From: Clostridia bacterium
GTDB lineage: Bacteria; Bacillota; Peptococcia; DRI-13; DTU073
DNA length: 46,632 nt
Assembly: GCA_012841935.1 (NCBI GenBank)
Contig: DUTS01000103.1
Span: forward strand, 1 to 46,632
Direction of reading: 5' to 3'
Position numbers and translations under genes: made by a program
Notes under the pieces: generated by a model
The model's input: only the letters and a program-made list of their open reading frames with translations
What the model was told of the DNA's origin: nothing
Database searches by the model: none
Part shown: positions 37,135 to 46,632 of the stretch, piece after piece
Layout of the letters: each line of letters begins with the position of its first letter
Numbering within the stretch: position 1 is the stretch's first letter

Positions 37135-37166
37135 AAAGGGGGAGCTGTTAAGTAGGCTCCTTTTTT
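37135..37166 (+). terminator. Intrinsic terminator after spoVG
   Basis: GGGGGAGCT / GGCTCCTTT plus T tract. Confidence 0.6.
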
Positions 37167-37243
37167 GTTGGGGGAAATTTTGGGGATGACTCTAGAGGTA
37201 AAGATATGGTATAAATATAATAGAGGGAAAGGGGGAGAACATT

Positions 37244-38623
37244 TTGTCATTAACAACAGTCGCTGTTATTTTAGCCGCGGGTATGGGTACTAGAATGAAG
37301 TCAACTCAGCCTAAGGTCCTACATAAAATTGCCGGTGTTCCTATAATTAAGTATGTTTTAGAAGCTGTGGAAGCCGCTGGGGTAAAGGAAATTATTATTG
37401 TTTTGGGCCATCAAGCCGAAAAGGTTAAAGAGGAATTGGGTGAAGCTTATCATTATGTTTATCAGCGCAAACAATTAGGTACTGGTCATGCCCTAAGGCA
37501 AGCACTGCCCTTATTGGAGAAATATGCACAGGGTAATTGTTTAGTTCTTTGTGGGGATACCCCTTTATTATCTGGAGAAACTTTGCGGAATTTACGGGAA
37601 AAACATTCGGAAGCTAAGGCTAAGGCTACTGTCTTAACCGCAATTTTGGAAAATCCTAGTGGTTATGGCCGCATTATTAAAGGGGTGCGGGGTATTGAAA
37701 AAATTGTAGAAGAAAATGAGGCTTCCCCTTTGGAAAGTGAAATTAAAGAAATTAATACTGGGGCCTATTGTTTTGCTTTGGATGTTTTGCAGGAAGGGTT
37801 AAAAAAATTAAGCCCGGTAAATTTGCAGGGTGAATATTATCTTACCGATATAATTAAATTTTTGGTAGAAGAGAAGGAAATTGTAGAAACTTACGTATTG
37901 CCTGATTCCCGGGAGGCTTGGGGGATTAATACTCGGGTTCAATTAGCAGCAGCTGAAGCTGTTGTTCAACAAAAGATTTTAAATGAACATTTGTTAAATG
38001 GGGTGACTATTATTGACCCTGCTCACACCTATGTTGCCCGGACGGTAAAAATAGATCTGGATACAATTTTATATCCAGGTACAATTCTTGAAGGAAAAAC
38101 AAGTATTGAGGCTAATTGTTTAATTGGACCTTATACTAGAATTGCGAATTCTTTTATCGGGGCTGGTACTCGGATTGAAAATTCTACTTTAGATATGGTT
38201 ACTGTAGGTAAAAATTGTTTTATTGGACCTTATAGTTATTTAAGACCGGGAACTAGATTGGCTGAAAATGTAAGGATTGGGGGTTTTGTAGAGGTCAAAA
38301 ATACATTTGTGGGGAAAAGTTCAAAAATTCCTCATTTAAGTTATGTAGGGGATAGCCTGTTGGGAGAAGATGTTAATATTGGGGCAGGTACAATAACTTG
38401 TAATTATGATGGAAAAAAGAAAAGTCGTACTTTTATAGAGGATCAGGCTTTTGTGGGTAGTAATACTAATTTTGTAGCCCCGGTAAAGATTGGCAAAGGG
38501 GCTTATATTGGTGCTGGATCAACAATTACCAAAGATGTTCCCCCTGGGGCATTGGCTTTGGCACGTGGTAAACAAAAAAATTTAGTAGATTGGTGTCAGA
38601 AAAAAAATAAAAGGGAGGATTAA
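37244..38623 (+). CDS. glmU: Bifunctional UDP-GlcNAc pyrophosphorylase / GlcN-1-P acetyltransferase
   Basis: [37 protein letters not shown]. Confidence 0.96.
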   Translation: MSLTTVAVILAAGMGTRMKSTQPKVLHKIAGVPIIKYVLEAVEAAGVKEIIIVLGHQAEKVKEELGEAYHYVYQRKQLGTGHALRQALPLLEKYAQGNCLVLCGDTPLLSGETLRNLREKHSEAKAKATVLTAILENPSGYGRIIKGVRGIEKIVEENEASPLESEIKEINTGAYCFALDVLQEGLKKLSPVNLQGEYYLTDIIKFLVEEKEIVETYVLPDSREAWGINTRVQLAAAEAVVQQKILNEHLLNGVTIIDPAHTYVARTVKIDLDTILYPGTILEGKTSIEANCLIGPYTRIANSFIGAGTRIENSTLDMVTVGKNCFIGPYSYLRPGTRLAENVRIGGFVEVKNTFVGKSSKIPHLSYVGDSLLGEDVNIGAGTITCNYDGKKKSRTFIEDQAFVGSNTNFVAPVKIGKGAYIGAGSTITKDVPPGALALARGKQKNLVDWCQKKNKRED

Positions 38624-38624
38624 T

Positions 38625-39569
38625 GTGGCTAAATATAAGGCACTAAAAATCTTTACCGGTAATGCTCATCGTAAATTAGCTGAAGAAATTGCGGAATATT
38701 TGGGAGTAAAGGTTAGTCAAGCTGAGGTGAATACTTTTAGTGATGGGGAAATTTGTGTAGGTATTAATGAAAGTGTGCGCGGTACCGATGCTTTTGTTAT
38801 TCAGCCAACTTGTGCACCGGTAAATAATAATTTAATGGAACTCTTGATTATGATTGACGCTTTGCGCAGAGCTTCGGCTCGCCGCATCACTGCTGTCATC
38901 CCTTATTATGGTTATGCACGACAAGATCGTAAGGCCAAGGCTCGTGACCCTATTACGGCTAAACTTATTGCTAATTTATTAACTGCGGCTGGGGCAAGAA
39001 GGATTTTATCTATTGATTTTCATGCTGGACAAATTCAAGGTTTTTTTGATATTCCGGTAGATCATTTGTGGGGACAGCCTTTAATTGCCGAGTATTTCTT
39101 GAATAAAGGAATCGATGACTTTGTGGTAGTTTCGCCAGATTTAGGGGGAGTTACCCGGGCTAGAGGGTTAGCAGAGCGTTTGCAGGCATCTTTAGCTATT
39201 ATAGATAAACGCCGTCCTTGTCCTAATGAAGCTGAAGTGATGAACATTATCGGTTCTGTGCAGGGGAAAAATGTGGTGATGATTGATGATATTATTGATA
39301 CTGCTGGAACAATAACTTTAGGGGCAGAGGCCCTTAAGAAAAGTGGGGCTCGTGATGTCTATGCCTGCTGTACACATCCGGTTTTATCTGGACCGGCAAT
39401 TCAACGCTTAGAAAATTCAATAATTAAGGAAGTAGTTGTTACTGATACTCTCCCTTTAAATACGGAAAAAAGAATTCCTAAAATTAAAGTTTTATCCACC
39501 GCTCCTTTGTTAGGTGAAGCTATAATTCGTATTCACGAAGACCTTTCGGTAAGCAAACTTTTTAGTTAG
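38625..39569 (+). CDS. prs: Ribose-phosphate pyrophosphokinase
   Basis: [29 protein letters not shown]. Confidence 0.97.
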   Translation: MAKYKALKIFTGNAHRKLAEEIAEYLGVKVSQAEVNTFSDGEICVGINESVRGTDAFVIQPTCAPVNNNLMELLIMIDALRRASARRITAVIPYYGYARQDRKAKARDPITAKLIANLLTAAGARRILSIDFHAGQIQGFFDIPVDHLWGQPLIAEYFLNKGIDDFVVVSPDLGGVTRARGLAERLQASLAIIDKRRPCPNEAEVMNIIGSVQGKNVVMIDDIIDTAGTITLGAEALKKSGARDVYACCTHPVLSGPAIQRLENSIIKEVVVTDTLPLNTEKRIPKIKVLSTAPLLGEAIIRIHEDLSVSKLFS

Positions 39570-39627
39570 GAAGAGGGCCCCGGCGGTGTTTCCGGGGTTT
39601 TCTTTGTAGATAAGGAGTGCATAATTG

Positions 39628-40200
39628 ATGAAGTTAATTGTTGGGTTGGGTAATCCCGGGCGGTGTTATGCTTTAACACGCCATAATCTTGGTTTTATGG
39701 TACTTGATGCTTTGGCCCGGGAAGAGCAAATAGCAATTAAGCATAAGCAATTTACGGCTTTGTGTGGTCAAGGTTTAATTAATCAGAAAAAAATTCTTTT
39801 GGTAAAACCTCAGACTTATATGAATCGAAGTGGTGAAGCGGTTTGGGAGCTTTTAAATTATTATCAAGAGCAAATAGAAGATTTAATTATCGTTCATGAT
39901 GATTTGGATTTAGCTTGGGGAAATTTAAGATTTAAAAGAAGTGGTGGTAGTGGGGGTCATAATGGTTTAAAATCAATAACTAGAATGTTAAATTCTGATC
40001 AATATAGTCGATTAAAAATTGGTTTAGGGCGTCCTCCGGCAGGCTGGACATCGGAAGCTTATGTGCTTGCTGCTTTTACCTCAGGGGAAAAAAAAGATTT
40101 AGAATTAATTATTCAAGGGGCAGTACAAGGCTTAAAAGTTTGGTGTGAGAAAGGCTTGGAGGAGGCTATGCAAAAATTTAATTCTTTTGGTCTCGCATAA
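39628..40200 (+). CDS. pth: Peptidyl-tRNA hydrolase
   Basis: IVGLGNPG, TRHNLGF, KPQTYMN.SG, HDDLD, GGHNG. Confidence 0.96.
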   Translation: MKLIVGLGNPGRCYALTRHNLGFMVLDALAREEQIAIKHKQFTALCGQGLINQKKILLVKPQTYMNRSGEAVWELLNYYQEQIEDLIIVHDDLDLAWGNLRFKRSGGSGGHNGLKSITRMLNSDQYSRLKIGLGRPPAGWTSEAYVLAAFTSGEKKDLELIIQGAVQGLKVWCEKGLEEAMQKFNSFGLA

Positions 40201-40224
40201 AGGGCTCTTTTTGGGGAAAGACTA
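40195..40224 (+). promoter_or_regulatory. SigF promoter of fin
   Basis: GCATA-15-GGAAAGACTA, near-consensus SigF site. Confidence 0.7.
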
Positions 40225-40255
40225 ACAGTTAGTTTAAAAAAGCGAGGGCCATTTA

Positions 40256-40495
40256 ATGCATTTTATTTATTTTTGTAAACAATGTCATAATTGTGTAGGT
40301 GAAATAAAATTAACTAATTGGAATGAAACAATGTTGGGATTTGATCTACTGACAGCAGCCGAAAAAGAGGAAATGTTAATTATGGATTTACAAAAAGGTC
40401 AAGGTATAGTAAAAGTTATTTGTGAAGCTTGTTTTCAAAAAGAACTGGCTCAACCTTTTCTTTTTCGGGAAACAAGCTCAATTGGGCTGCATTAA
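40256..40495 (+). CDS. fin: Anti-sigma-F factor Fin (YabK/DUF2757)
   Basis: Y.CxxC...G, LGFD.LT..E, CxxC, terminal H; located between pth and mfd; SigF promoter. Confidence 0.85.
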   Translation: MHFIYFCKQCHNCVGEIKLTNWNETMLGFDLLTAAEKEEMLIMDLQKGQGIVKVICEACFQKELAQPFLFRETSSIGLH

Positions 40496-40572
40496 AGAAT
40501 GTTATATGGATAGTTAAAGTAGATATTTAATAAGCTATAATAGAGAATATTTTTAGATAAGGGGAACTAAAA

Positions 40573-43500
40573 ATGTCATTGGCCATGATATTGCATTATT
40601 TGAAAACTTCTTTTGAATACAAGTATTTAGTAGAAGAGGTAAAAAAACAAAAAACAAATCATTTTTACGGGATTAGTGGTTCACAAAAAAGTCTTTGGGC
40701 AGCACTTTTAGTGGAAATACAGCAGCGGCCTTTACTTTATCTTGTGGAATCTGTAGTTAAGGGAAAAGAGATTTTTGATGATTTCGTTAATTTATTTTCT
40801 CCTGCGGAAGTACAGTTTTTTCCGGCTTGGGAGTCACTTCCTTTTGAAGTTTTGGCCCAAAGCCCGGAGACACGGTACCAGCGTTTAAAAGTTTTAGAAG
40901 GATTATTATCTGGTAAAACCAAAGTGGTAGTTACTACTTGGGAAGCCTTTAGTAAAACACTGCTGCCTCCTGATTGCTTTCGTCAAGCTAGACGGCAATT
41001 AAAAGTTGGTCAATCAGTGGAATTGGATGAATTAATTGCTTATTTGGATACTTTGGGTTATCAGCATGTGGAAAGGGTAGAAGAAGGGGGGCAATTTTCA
41101 CGCCGCGGTGGTATTCTAGATATTTTCCCGCCGGGCTTGGATGATCCCTATCGATTAGAATTTTTTGATTGTGAAATTGAATCTATTCGTTTATTTTCTC
41201 CGGAAAGTCAGCGATCAAGGCAAAAGGTATCGGAAATTATCCTGATGCCTGCTGGTGAGTTTTTTATCTTAAAAGAAAAAAAAGAGTCGGCTTGGGCTAA
41301 CTTGGAAAAAGAAGCTGACGTCTTTTTAAATAAATTAAAACAGAAGGGCTGTAAAGAAGCCTTTCATAATTTTACAAATAAACTGAAAACCGCGCGAGAT
41401 TTTATTGAGCAGGGAAATTTTTTCCACGGAAGTGAACAATTATTGCCCTATTTTATTCAAGAAAAATATATGTTGTCAGACTATTTTTTGCAAACACCAC
41501 TGTTAATTTTTGATGAACCCCATCGTCAAAAACAAAGTTGTCAGGTGCGTGAAAAGGAAATGCGAGAAATCTATTTATCACTTTGGGAAAAGGGAAAAGT
41601 ATTACCAGGACAAATTGATAATTATTTGGGATGGCGGCAAATGGAGCAATTATGGTACCAAAAAAATGTTTACTTTTTTTCATTACTACCGCAAAAAGTA
41701 GCTACTTTGCCGAAAGTTCGGTCATTTGGAGTAGTGGCTAAATCAACTAATTTATTTTTAGGTAAATTGCATTTACTAGCCGATACTTTGAAGGTCTTAA
41801 AAGCACAAAAATATTTAGTTGTGATTTTGGTAAATTCTGAGGAAAGAATAAGACGCCTTAAGCAGGGTCTTTGGGATATGGGTTTGGAGACAACTATTAG
41901 TGAAAGGGATTTAGTTTTTCAGGCTGGTCAAATTTATTTAACAACAGGTTATTTAACTAATGGATTTGAATTAACTGATTGGAAAATAGTCGTCTTCACA
42001 GAGCATGAATTGTTTTATCAGCCCAAAAAGAAAGCTCCGCGGCGAATGTTTCAAGATGGTAAGCGAGTTACCTTTTTAGAGGATTTACAAGTAGGTGATT
42101 ATGTAGTTCATTTAAATCATGGTATTGGTCGTTATTTAGGTATTGAAAAATTAGCTGTTGCTGATATGGAAAGAGATTATTTAGTGATTAAATACCGGGG
42201 AGATGACAAATTATATGTACCGACTACTCAGGTAGGACTTTTGCAAAAGTATTCTTATCAAGAGGGACTGCGGCCCAAATTGTCTAAATTGGGTGGTAGT
42301 GAATGGAGTAAAATTAAAAGCAGAGTAAAAAGCAGTGTTCGGGATTTGGCCCAAGATTTGTTAAAATTATATGCGGCTAGACATGCGGCACGCGGTTTTC
42401 CCTTTGCCCCGGATACTCCCTGGCAAAGGGAATTTGAAGATTCTTTTCCATATGAAGAAACTGAAGATCAGCTGCAGTGTATTGCGGAAATAAAAAAGGA
42501 TATGGAAAAACCGCGTCCCATGGATCGTTTGTTATGTGGTGATGTAGGTTATGGTAAAACTGAAGTGGCCTTAAGAGCTGCCTGTAAAACAGTTTTTAAT
42601 AATAAGCAGACTGCAGTTTTAGTTCCCACTACTATTTTAGCTGAACAGCATTACAGTACTTTTTTGGAAAGATTTAAAGGTTTACCGGTAAATATTAATG
42701 TTTTGAGTCGTTTTCGCTCTCCTAAAGAACAGCGGGAAATTGTGGAGGATTTAAAAACAGGTAAAATTGATATTATTATTGGTACCCATCGTTTGCTTTC
42801 CTCAGATATTCAGTTTAAAGATTTAGGACTTTTGGTAGTTGATGAGGAACAGCGTTTTGGTGTTTTGCATAAGGAAAAAATAAAACAATTGAAAAAAACG
42901 GTAGATGTGTTGACTCTTACTGCAACACCTATTCCGCGTACATTACAAATGTCTATGGCCGGGGTTAGGGATATGAGTATCATTGAGACCCCCCCTGGGG
43001 AAAGGTATCCTGTACAAACCTTTGTAGTGGAATATAGTCCACAATTAGTACAAGAGGCATTAAGAAGGGAGTTAGGACGCGGTGGGCAAGTTTATTTTGT
43101 TCATAATCGGGTCGAAGATATTGAAACTGTGGCCACCGAGGTACAAAATTTAGTCCCCGAGGCTAAAATAGGTATAGCTCACGGTCAAATGCCGGAAGTT
43201 TTATTGGAAAATGTTATGTTTGATTTTTATGAAGGACATTATGATGTTTTAGTTTGTACAACAATTATTGAATCTGGTTTGGATATTGCTAATGTAAATA
43301 CATTAATTGTTAATCAGGCGGATAAATTGGGACTTTCACAACTTTATCAATTACGGGGCCGGGTGGGGCGTTCAAATCGTGTGGCCTATGCCTATTTAAC
43401 TTATCAAAAAGATAAAGTCCTTTCAGAAGTAGCCGAAAAAAGATTAAGTGCGATTCGTGAATTTACGGAATTGGGTTCTGGTTTAAAAATTGCCATGCGT

Positions 43501-44109
43501 GATTTGGAAATTAGGGGAGCTGGTAATATTTTAGGTGCAGAGCAAAGTGGTCAAATAGCCGCAGTTGGCTTTGATTTATATTGTCAGCTGTTAGAGCAAG
43601 CTGTACGTGAAGCCAAGGGGGAAAAAGAGCCCCCGGAAAAAACGGTATTGGTTGATTTGCAGGTAAAAGCCTATATTCCCCAAACTTATATTGCTGATCA
43701 TGGGGTTAAAGTTAATTTTTATCAGCGGATTAATGCTGTTAAACAAGAAGTTGAGTTACAGCAATTAGCTGAGGAATTAAAGGATCGTTTTGGTCCTTTG
43801 CCTGAAGCGGTTCTTAATTTATTACAGATTGCGAAAATTCAATTGGCTGCTTCGGCTTGTAAGATAGAAGCGATTTTTCAAGAAAATAAAATTATTAAAA
43901 TTAAATGGGAGCCTGAACATGATTTAACCGGACCGGCTTTAATGCAGTTGGTGAGGCGTTATCGGCGTAAGGTCAGTTTTAACGTGGCTGAGGGTTTAGA
44001 GTTGAAGATTAATGTGGGTAATTTGGCTGCCTCAGAGCGGTTGGGCTTTTTGGAAGAAATTATTGCGGAAATATCTTCACTTGCTTCCGCGGAACAGGTT
44101 TTGATATAA
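40573..44109 (+). CDS. mfd: Transcription-repair coupling factor
   Basis: GDYVVH..HGIG, GDVGYGKTEVA, DEEQRFG, TATPIPRT, QLRGRVGR, TRCF domain. Confidence 0.97.
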   Translation: MSLAMILHYLKTSFEYKYLVEEVKKQKTNHFYGISGSQKSLWAALLVEIQQRPLLYLVESVVKGKEIFDDFVNLFSPAEVQFFPAWESLPFEVLAQSPETRYQRLKVLEGLLSGKTKVVVTTWEAFSKTLLPPDCFRQARRQLKVGQSVELDELIAYLDTLGYQHVERVEEGGQFSRRGGILDIFPPGLDDPYRLEFFDCEIESIRLFSPESQRSRQKVSEIILMPAGEFFILKEKKESAWANLEKEADVFLNKLKQKGCKEAFHNFTNKLKTARDFIEQGNFFHGSEQLLPYFIQEKYMLSDYFLQTPLLIFDEPHRQKQSCQVREKEMREIYLSLWEKGKVLPGQIDNYLGWRQMEQLWYQKNVYFFSLLPQKVATLPKVRSFGVVAKSTNLFLGKLHLLADTLKVLKAQKYLVVILVNSEERIRRLKQGLWDMGLETTISERDLVFQAGQIYLTTGYLTNGFELTDWKIVVFTEHELFYQPKKKAPRRMFQDGKRVTFLEDLQVGDYVVHLNHGIGRYLGIEKLAVADMERDYLVIKYRGDDKLYVPTTQVGLLQKYSYQEGLRPKLSKLGGSEWSKIKSRVKSSVRDLAQDLLKLYAARHAARGFPFAPDTPWQREFEDSFPYEETEDQLQCIAEIKKDMEKPRPMDRLLCGDVGYGKTEVALRAACKTVFNNKQTAVLVPTTILAEQHYSTFLERFKGLPVNINVLSRFRSPKEQREIVEDLKTGKIDIIIGTHRLLSSDIQFKDLGLLVVDEEQRFGVLHKEKIKQLKKTVDVLTLTATPIPRTLQMSMAGVRDMSIIETPPGERYPVQTFVVEYSPQLVQEALRRELGRGGQVYFVHNRVEDIETVATEVQNLVPEAKIGIAHGQMPEVLLENVMFDFYEGHYDVLVCTTIIESGLDIANVNTLIVNQADKLGLSQLYQLRGRVGRSNRVAYAYLTYQKDKVLSEVAEKRLSAIREFTELGSGLKIAMRDLEIRGAGNILGAEQSGQIAAVGFDLYCQLLEQAVREAKGEKEPPEKTVLVDLQVKAYIPQTYIADHGVKVNFYQRINAVKQEVELQQLAEELKDRFGPLPEAVLNLLQIAKIQLAASACKIEAIFQENKIIKIKWEPEHDLTGPALMQLVRRYRRKVSFNVAEGLELKINVGNLAASERLGFLEEIIAEISSLASAEQVLI

Positions 44110-44148
44110 TGAACTTATCTTTGGAGAAAAGGAAAGAGAGGAAAAATA

Positions 44149-45117
44149 ATGAAAAAGTACAGAAAATTAGCAGTGTATGTGTTAATTTTCGCTTTTTTAT
44201 TAACCGGCTGTGGGGATCAAGTTATTGCTAAGGTTAATGGAGTGAAAATTACGGAAACAGAGCTCAGTGATGAGGTTGAACGTATTGCTGTGATGCATGG
44301 TTATGATTTGGATGGTGAGCATGGGGCTTTAATGAGAAATGTTTTGGAAGAGCAAACCCTAGAGGCCTTAATCATGAAGAATTTGGTATTACAGGAAGCC
44401 AAGGCTAGGAAAATTACGGTTGACAAGAAAAAAATTAAAGAGGAAATTCAGAACATCAAGGATAATTTCAGTTCCAAAAAAGAATATAAGGAGTTTTTAA
44501 CAGCAAATAAATTAACAGAAAAGGAATTGTTTAAGACTTATGAAACTATGTACATTTACGAAGCACTTTTTGATGAAATTACCAAGGATATAACTGAGCC
44601 TTCAGAAGACCCCGCAGAATACTATAATGAGAATACTGAGGAGTTTTTTCGCCCGGAAATGGTACAAGTTCGTCATGTTTTAGTAGATACAAAGGAAGAA
44701 GCCGAAGCTATTTTAGAGGCTTTAGCAAGTGGAGCGGATTTTAAAGAATTGGCCTTGGAAAAATCGACTGATCCTAGTGTGACTCAAAATGAAGGTCTCA
44801 TGGAATATTTTCCCCGTGGTGGTTATATGGTAGAAGAATTTGAAGAAGCAGCTTTTGCTTTATCTGAGATTGGGGAATATACTCAGGAGCCTGTTAAAAC
44901 TGACTATGGTTTTCACATTATTAAGCTTGAAGGACGTCAAGAGGAAAAACAGATGACTTTTGAGGAAGTAAAGGAGCAATTAATAGAAAGATTATTGGCA
45001 CAGGATAAAAGTGAAAAATTTAGGGTTTTTGAGGATGAATTATTGGCTAAAGCTGAAATAGAAAAATTACTTCCAGAAGATGAAACAGAAGATTTATCCG
45101 AGGAAATGGACGAATAA
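44149..45117 (+). CDS. prsA: PrsA-like parvulin peptidyl-prolyl isomerase lipoprotein
   Basis: Lipobox LLTGC, VRHVLV, F.ELA.EKS.D, FEEAAF, TDYGFHII. Confidence 0.85.
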   Translation: MKKYRKLAVYVLIFAFLLTGCGDQVIAKVNGVKITETELSDEVERIAVMHGYDLDGEHGALMRNVLEEQTLEALIMKNLVLQEAKARKITVDKKKIKEEIQNIKDNFSSKKEYKEFLTANKLTEKELFKTYETMYIYEALFDEITKDITEPSEDPAEYYNENTEEFFRPEMVQVRHVLVDTKEEAEAILEALASGADFKELALEKSTDPSVTQNEGLMEYFPRGGYMVEEFEEAAFALSEIGEYTQEPVKTDYGFHIIKLEGRQEEKQMTFEEVKEQLIERLLAQDKSEKFRVFEDELLAKAEIEKLLPEDETEDLSEEMDE

Positions 45118-45148
45118 AAAAAGTAAACACATTAAGAATTAGCAAACT

Positions 45149-45196
45149 TTAGACCACATTGGAGAATAGAATCTCTAATGTGGCCTAAGTATTTTT
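45149..45196 (+). terminator. Long hairpin / terminator after prsA, at the core-accessory boundary
   Basis: TTAGACCACATTGGAGA / TCTCTAATGTGGCCTAA imperfect stem, then T tract. Confidence 0.6.
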
Positions 45197-45296
45197 CAAA
45201 AGATATTAAGATCATCTGCATTGGTAGTTCCTATCAGAATTTAAGAAAGAAATGGTTATAAATAGGGGATTCACAATTGGGAGGGGATAATCTGTG

Positions 45297-45704
45297 ATGG
45301 AAACAAAATTAGATGGTAAAACCCTCGACATAGAAGGGGAAAATATTGAGAAGCTTAAAACCATATTCCCGGAGGTCTTTACGGAGGGGAAGGTGGACTT
45401 TGAAAAGCTAAAGCAGGTATTAGGCAATTATGTGGAAGATAGCAATGAACGCTATAACTTTACCTGGAATGGTAAGGGGCAAGCTCTCCGCCTATCTCAA
45501 ACACCTTCACTGGGAACCCTTAGGCCCTGCAAGGAAGAAAGTAAAAACTGGGATACCACAGAGAACCTTTACATAGAGGGAGATAACTTTGAAGTATTGA
45601 AACTCTTGCAAAAGAGTTACTATGGCAAGGTGAAGGTGATTTATATTGATATAATCTTACAGAGATTGATACAATTTAATTACCCTAAAAGTTATTGTGC
45701 TTAG
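45297..45704 (+). pseudogene. mod: 5' fragment of type III restriction-modification methyltransferase (Mod), truncated inside DPPY
   Basis: LK.IFPEVFTEGKVDFEKL, ERY.FTW.GK, ENLYIEGDN.EVLKLLQKSY, KVIYID, then unrelated IILQRL.. instead of PPYN. Confidence 0.88.
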
Positions 45705-45740
45705 GGGTGTGCAAACTCAAAAAGAGGTGTGCAGAAGAGA

Positions 45741-45766
45741 AGTCGAGGAATACTCGGCTATTTTTT
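45741..45766 (+). terminator. Intrinsic terminator after mod fragment
   Basis: AGTCGAG-GAATA-CTCGGCT plus ATTTTTT. Confidence 0.55.
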
Positions 45767-45893
45767 AACTCTATTTTTACCCAAGAATGCAACTTGAGGT
45801 TTGCAGATGTAATTTTAAATTGCAATAGATAGACACATTCTTTTTCTATAGTATAAAATAATAAAAACCTGAAAGATATGTTCCTACAATGTA

Positions 45894-45926
45894 AACCTAA
45901 AGTAACACATTATGTTATCTTAGGTT
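45894..45926. promoter_or_regulatory. Inverted repeat, candidate operator of the XRE-AbrB regulator
   Basis: AACCTAA..TAACA / TGTTA..TTAGGTT upstream of the gene. Confidence 0.4.
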
Positions 45927-45978
45927 GGTGTATTATTTTATAATTTGTTGTATACTGCTTATAAAGGATGTGAGAAAT

Positions 45979-46416
45979 ATGATAAGTATGAATTTGAAAG
46001 AATTACGAGAAAGACATAAATACACTCAAGAGGAAGTTGCTGAAAAAATCGGTGTTTCAAGGCAAGCTGTTGCCAAATGGGAAAGTGGTAAAACAGTGCC
46101 AGATATCAATAATTGTATAGCTTTGGCAGAGTTATATGAGGTGGAATTAGATGCTCTGGTAGGTTATTCCAAAGATGATGAAAAAATAGGCCTTAAGCCA
46201 AAAGGAAAACACATATTTGGAATGGTAAAGGTAGGAGAACGAGGCCAGATTGTGATTCCCAAAAAGGCCAGAGATATATTTAAGATCTGTCCTGGAGATT
46301 CCTTGTTGATTCTAGGCGATGAGTCACAAGGGATTGGGATTATGAAAAGCGAGGGCTTTCTGCAGTTTGCACAGGAAATTTTTGATGCATATGAATATCA
46401 GGAGAAAGATAAATGA
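45979..46416 (+). CDS. XRE-family HTH regulator with C-terminal AbrB/SpoVT-like domain
   Basis: NLKELR..TQEEVAEKIGVSRQAVAKWESG.T.PD, then KVGERGQIVIPKKAR; ATG 45979 after AAAGGATG. Confidence 0.88.
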   Translation: MISMNLKELRERHKYTQEEVAEKIGVSRQAVAKWESGKTVPDINNCIALAELYEVELDALVGYSKDDEKIGLKPKGKHIFGMVKVGERGQIVIPKKARDIFKICPGDSLLILGDESQGIGIMKSEGFLQFAQEIFDAYEYQEKDK

Positions 46417-46632
46417 TTGCTATAGAAACAACAAAGTTAACCAAGAAATTTCAAACAAAAACTGCTGTAAATTCTCTCAATCTTTCTATTAAACAAGGCG
46501 AGCTTTTCGCTTTACTAGGTAGAATGTCAGCCATAGATTTTAAGAATCTTATTGGAAGGGTCGGACGAATAGAATATAACCTCTATGGCAATGTATTTCT
46601 CATGCGGCCAGAAGAAAAAATAAAATCAGAAA
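46413..46632 (+). pseudogene. Chimeric ORF: ABC transporter ATPase N-terminus fused in frame to an SF2 helicase C-terminal segment (runs off window)
   Basis: MIAIETTKLTKKF..KTAVNSLNLSIKQGELFALLG breaks at Walker A, then RMSAIDFKNLIGRVGRIEYNLYGNVFL (helicase motif VI-like). Confidence 0.7.

Noticed and set aside
2157..41701. Many short antisense or alternate-frame ORFs in the track (e.g. 2157-2351, 3327-3596, 5138-5455, 15404-15820, 15783-16250, 27901-28269, 41453-41683)
   Set aside because: They lie within well-supported genes, show no family motifs, and are shadow ORFs.
45700..45780. Group II intron 5' end (GTGTGC) interrupting mod
   Set aside because: It does not start at the breakpoint, is not GTGCG, and no RT ORF or domain V is visible.

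Overview
Low-GC chromosomal segment from an endospore-forming Bacillota (Clostridia-like; finer taxonomy not determinable here). It carries the conserved origin-proximal gene order yaaR-holB-yaaT/ricT-yabA-rsmI-abrB-metG-tatD-rsmA ... yabG-veg ... ispE-gntR-spoVG-glmU-prs-pth-fin-mfd-prsA, nearly all on the + strand. Blocks interspersed in this backbone: a LysM/SleB-type hydrolase; a fumC + malic enzyme pair; spore genes (GT2, CAP protein, SPOCS-LysM SipL-like, spoIIR, YkuD L,D-transpeptidase, AprX-like protease), several with recognisable sigF/sigK/sigH promoters; and a ~17 kb ion-transport block (Na+/Pi symporter, a 10-gene Mrp/Mnh-type operon with three antiporter-like large subunits, mgtE, trkAH). 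Both ends look accessory. The left end has the start of a probable IS607 tnpA and a 69-bp ACTAGTA-bounded palindromic mini-element. The right end has a type III mod gene cut exactly within its DPPY catalytic motif, an XRE-AbrB regulator, and an in-frame ABC-ATPase/SF2-helicase chimera running off the window. Best unannotated candidates: a leader peptide plus hairpins in the mgtE 5' UTR, a ~75-nt CU-rich sRNA, and the DPPY-split methyltransferase junction. All calls come from motif reading by eye; no database searches were run. No rRNA, tRNA or CRISPR array was seen.
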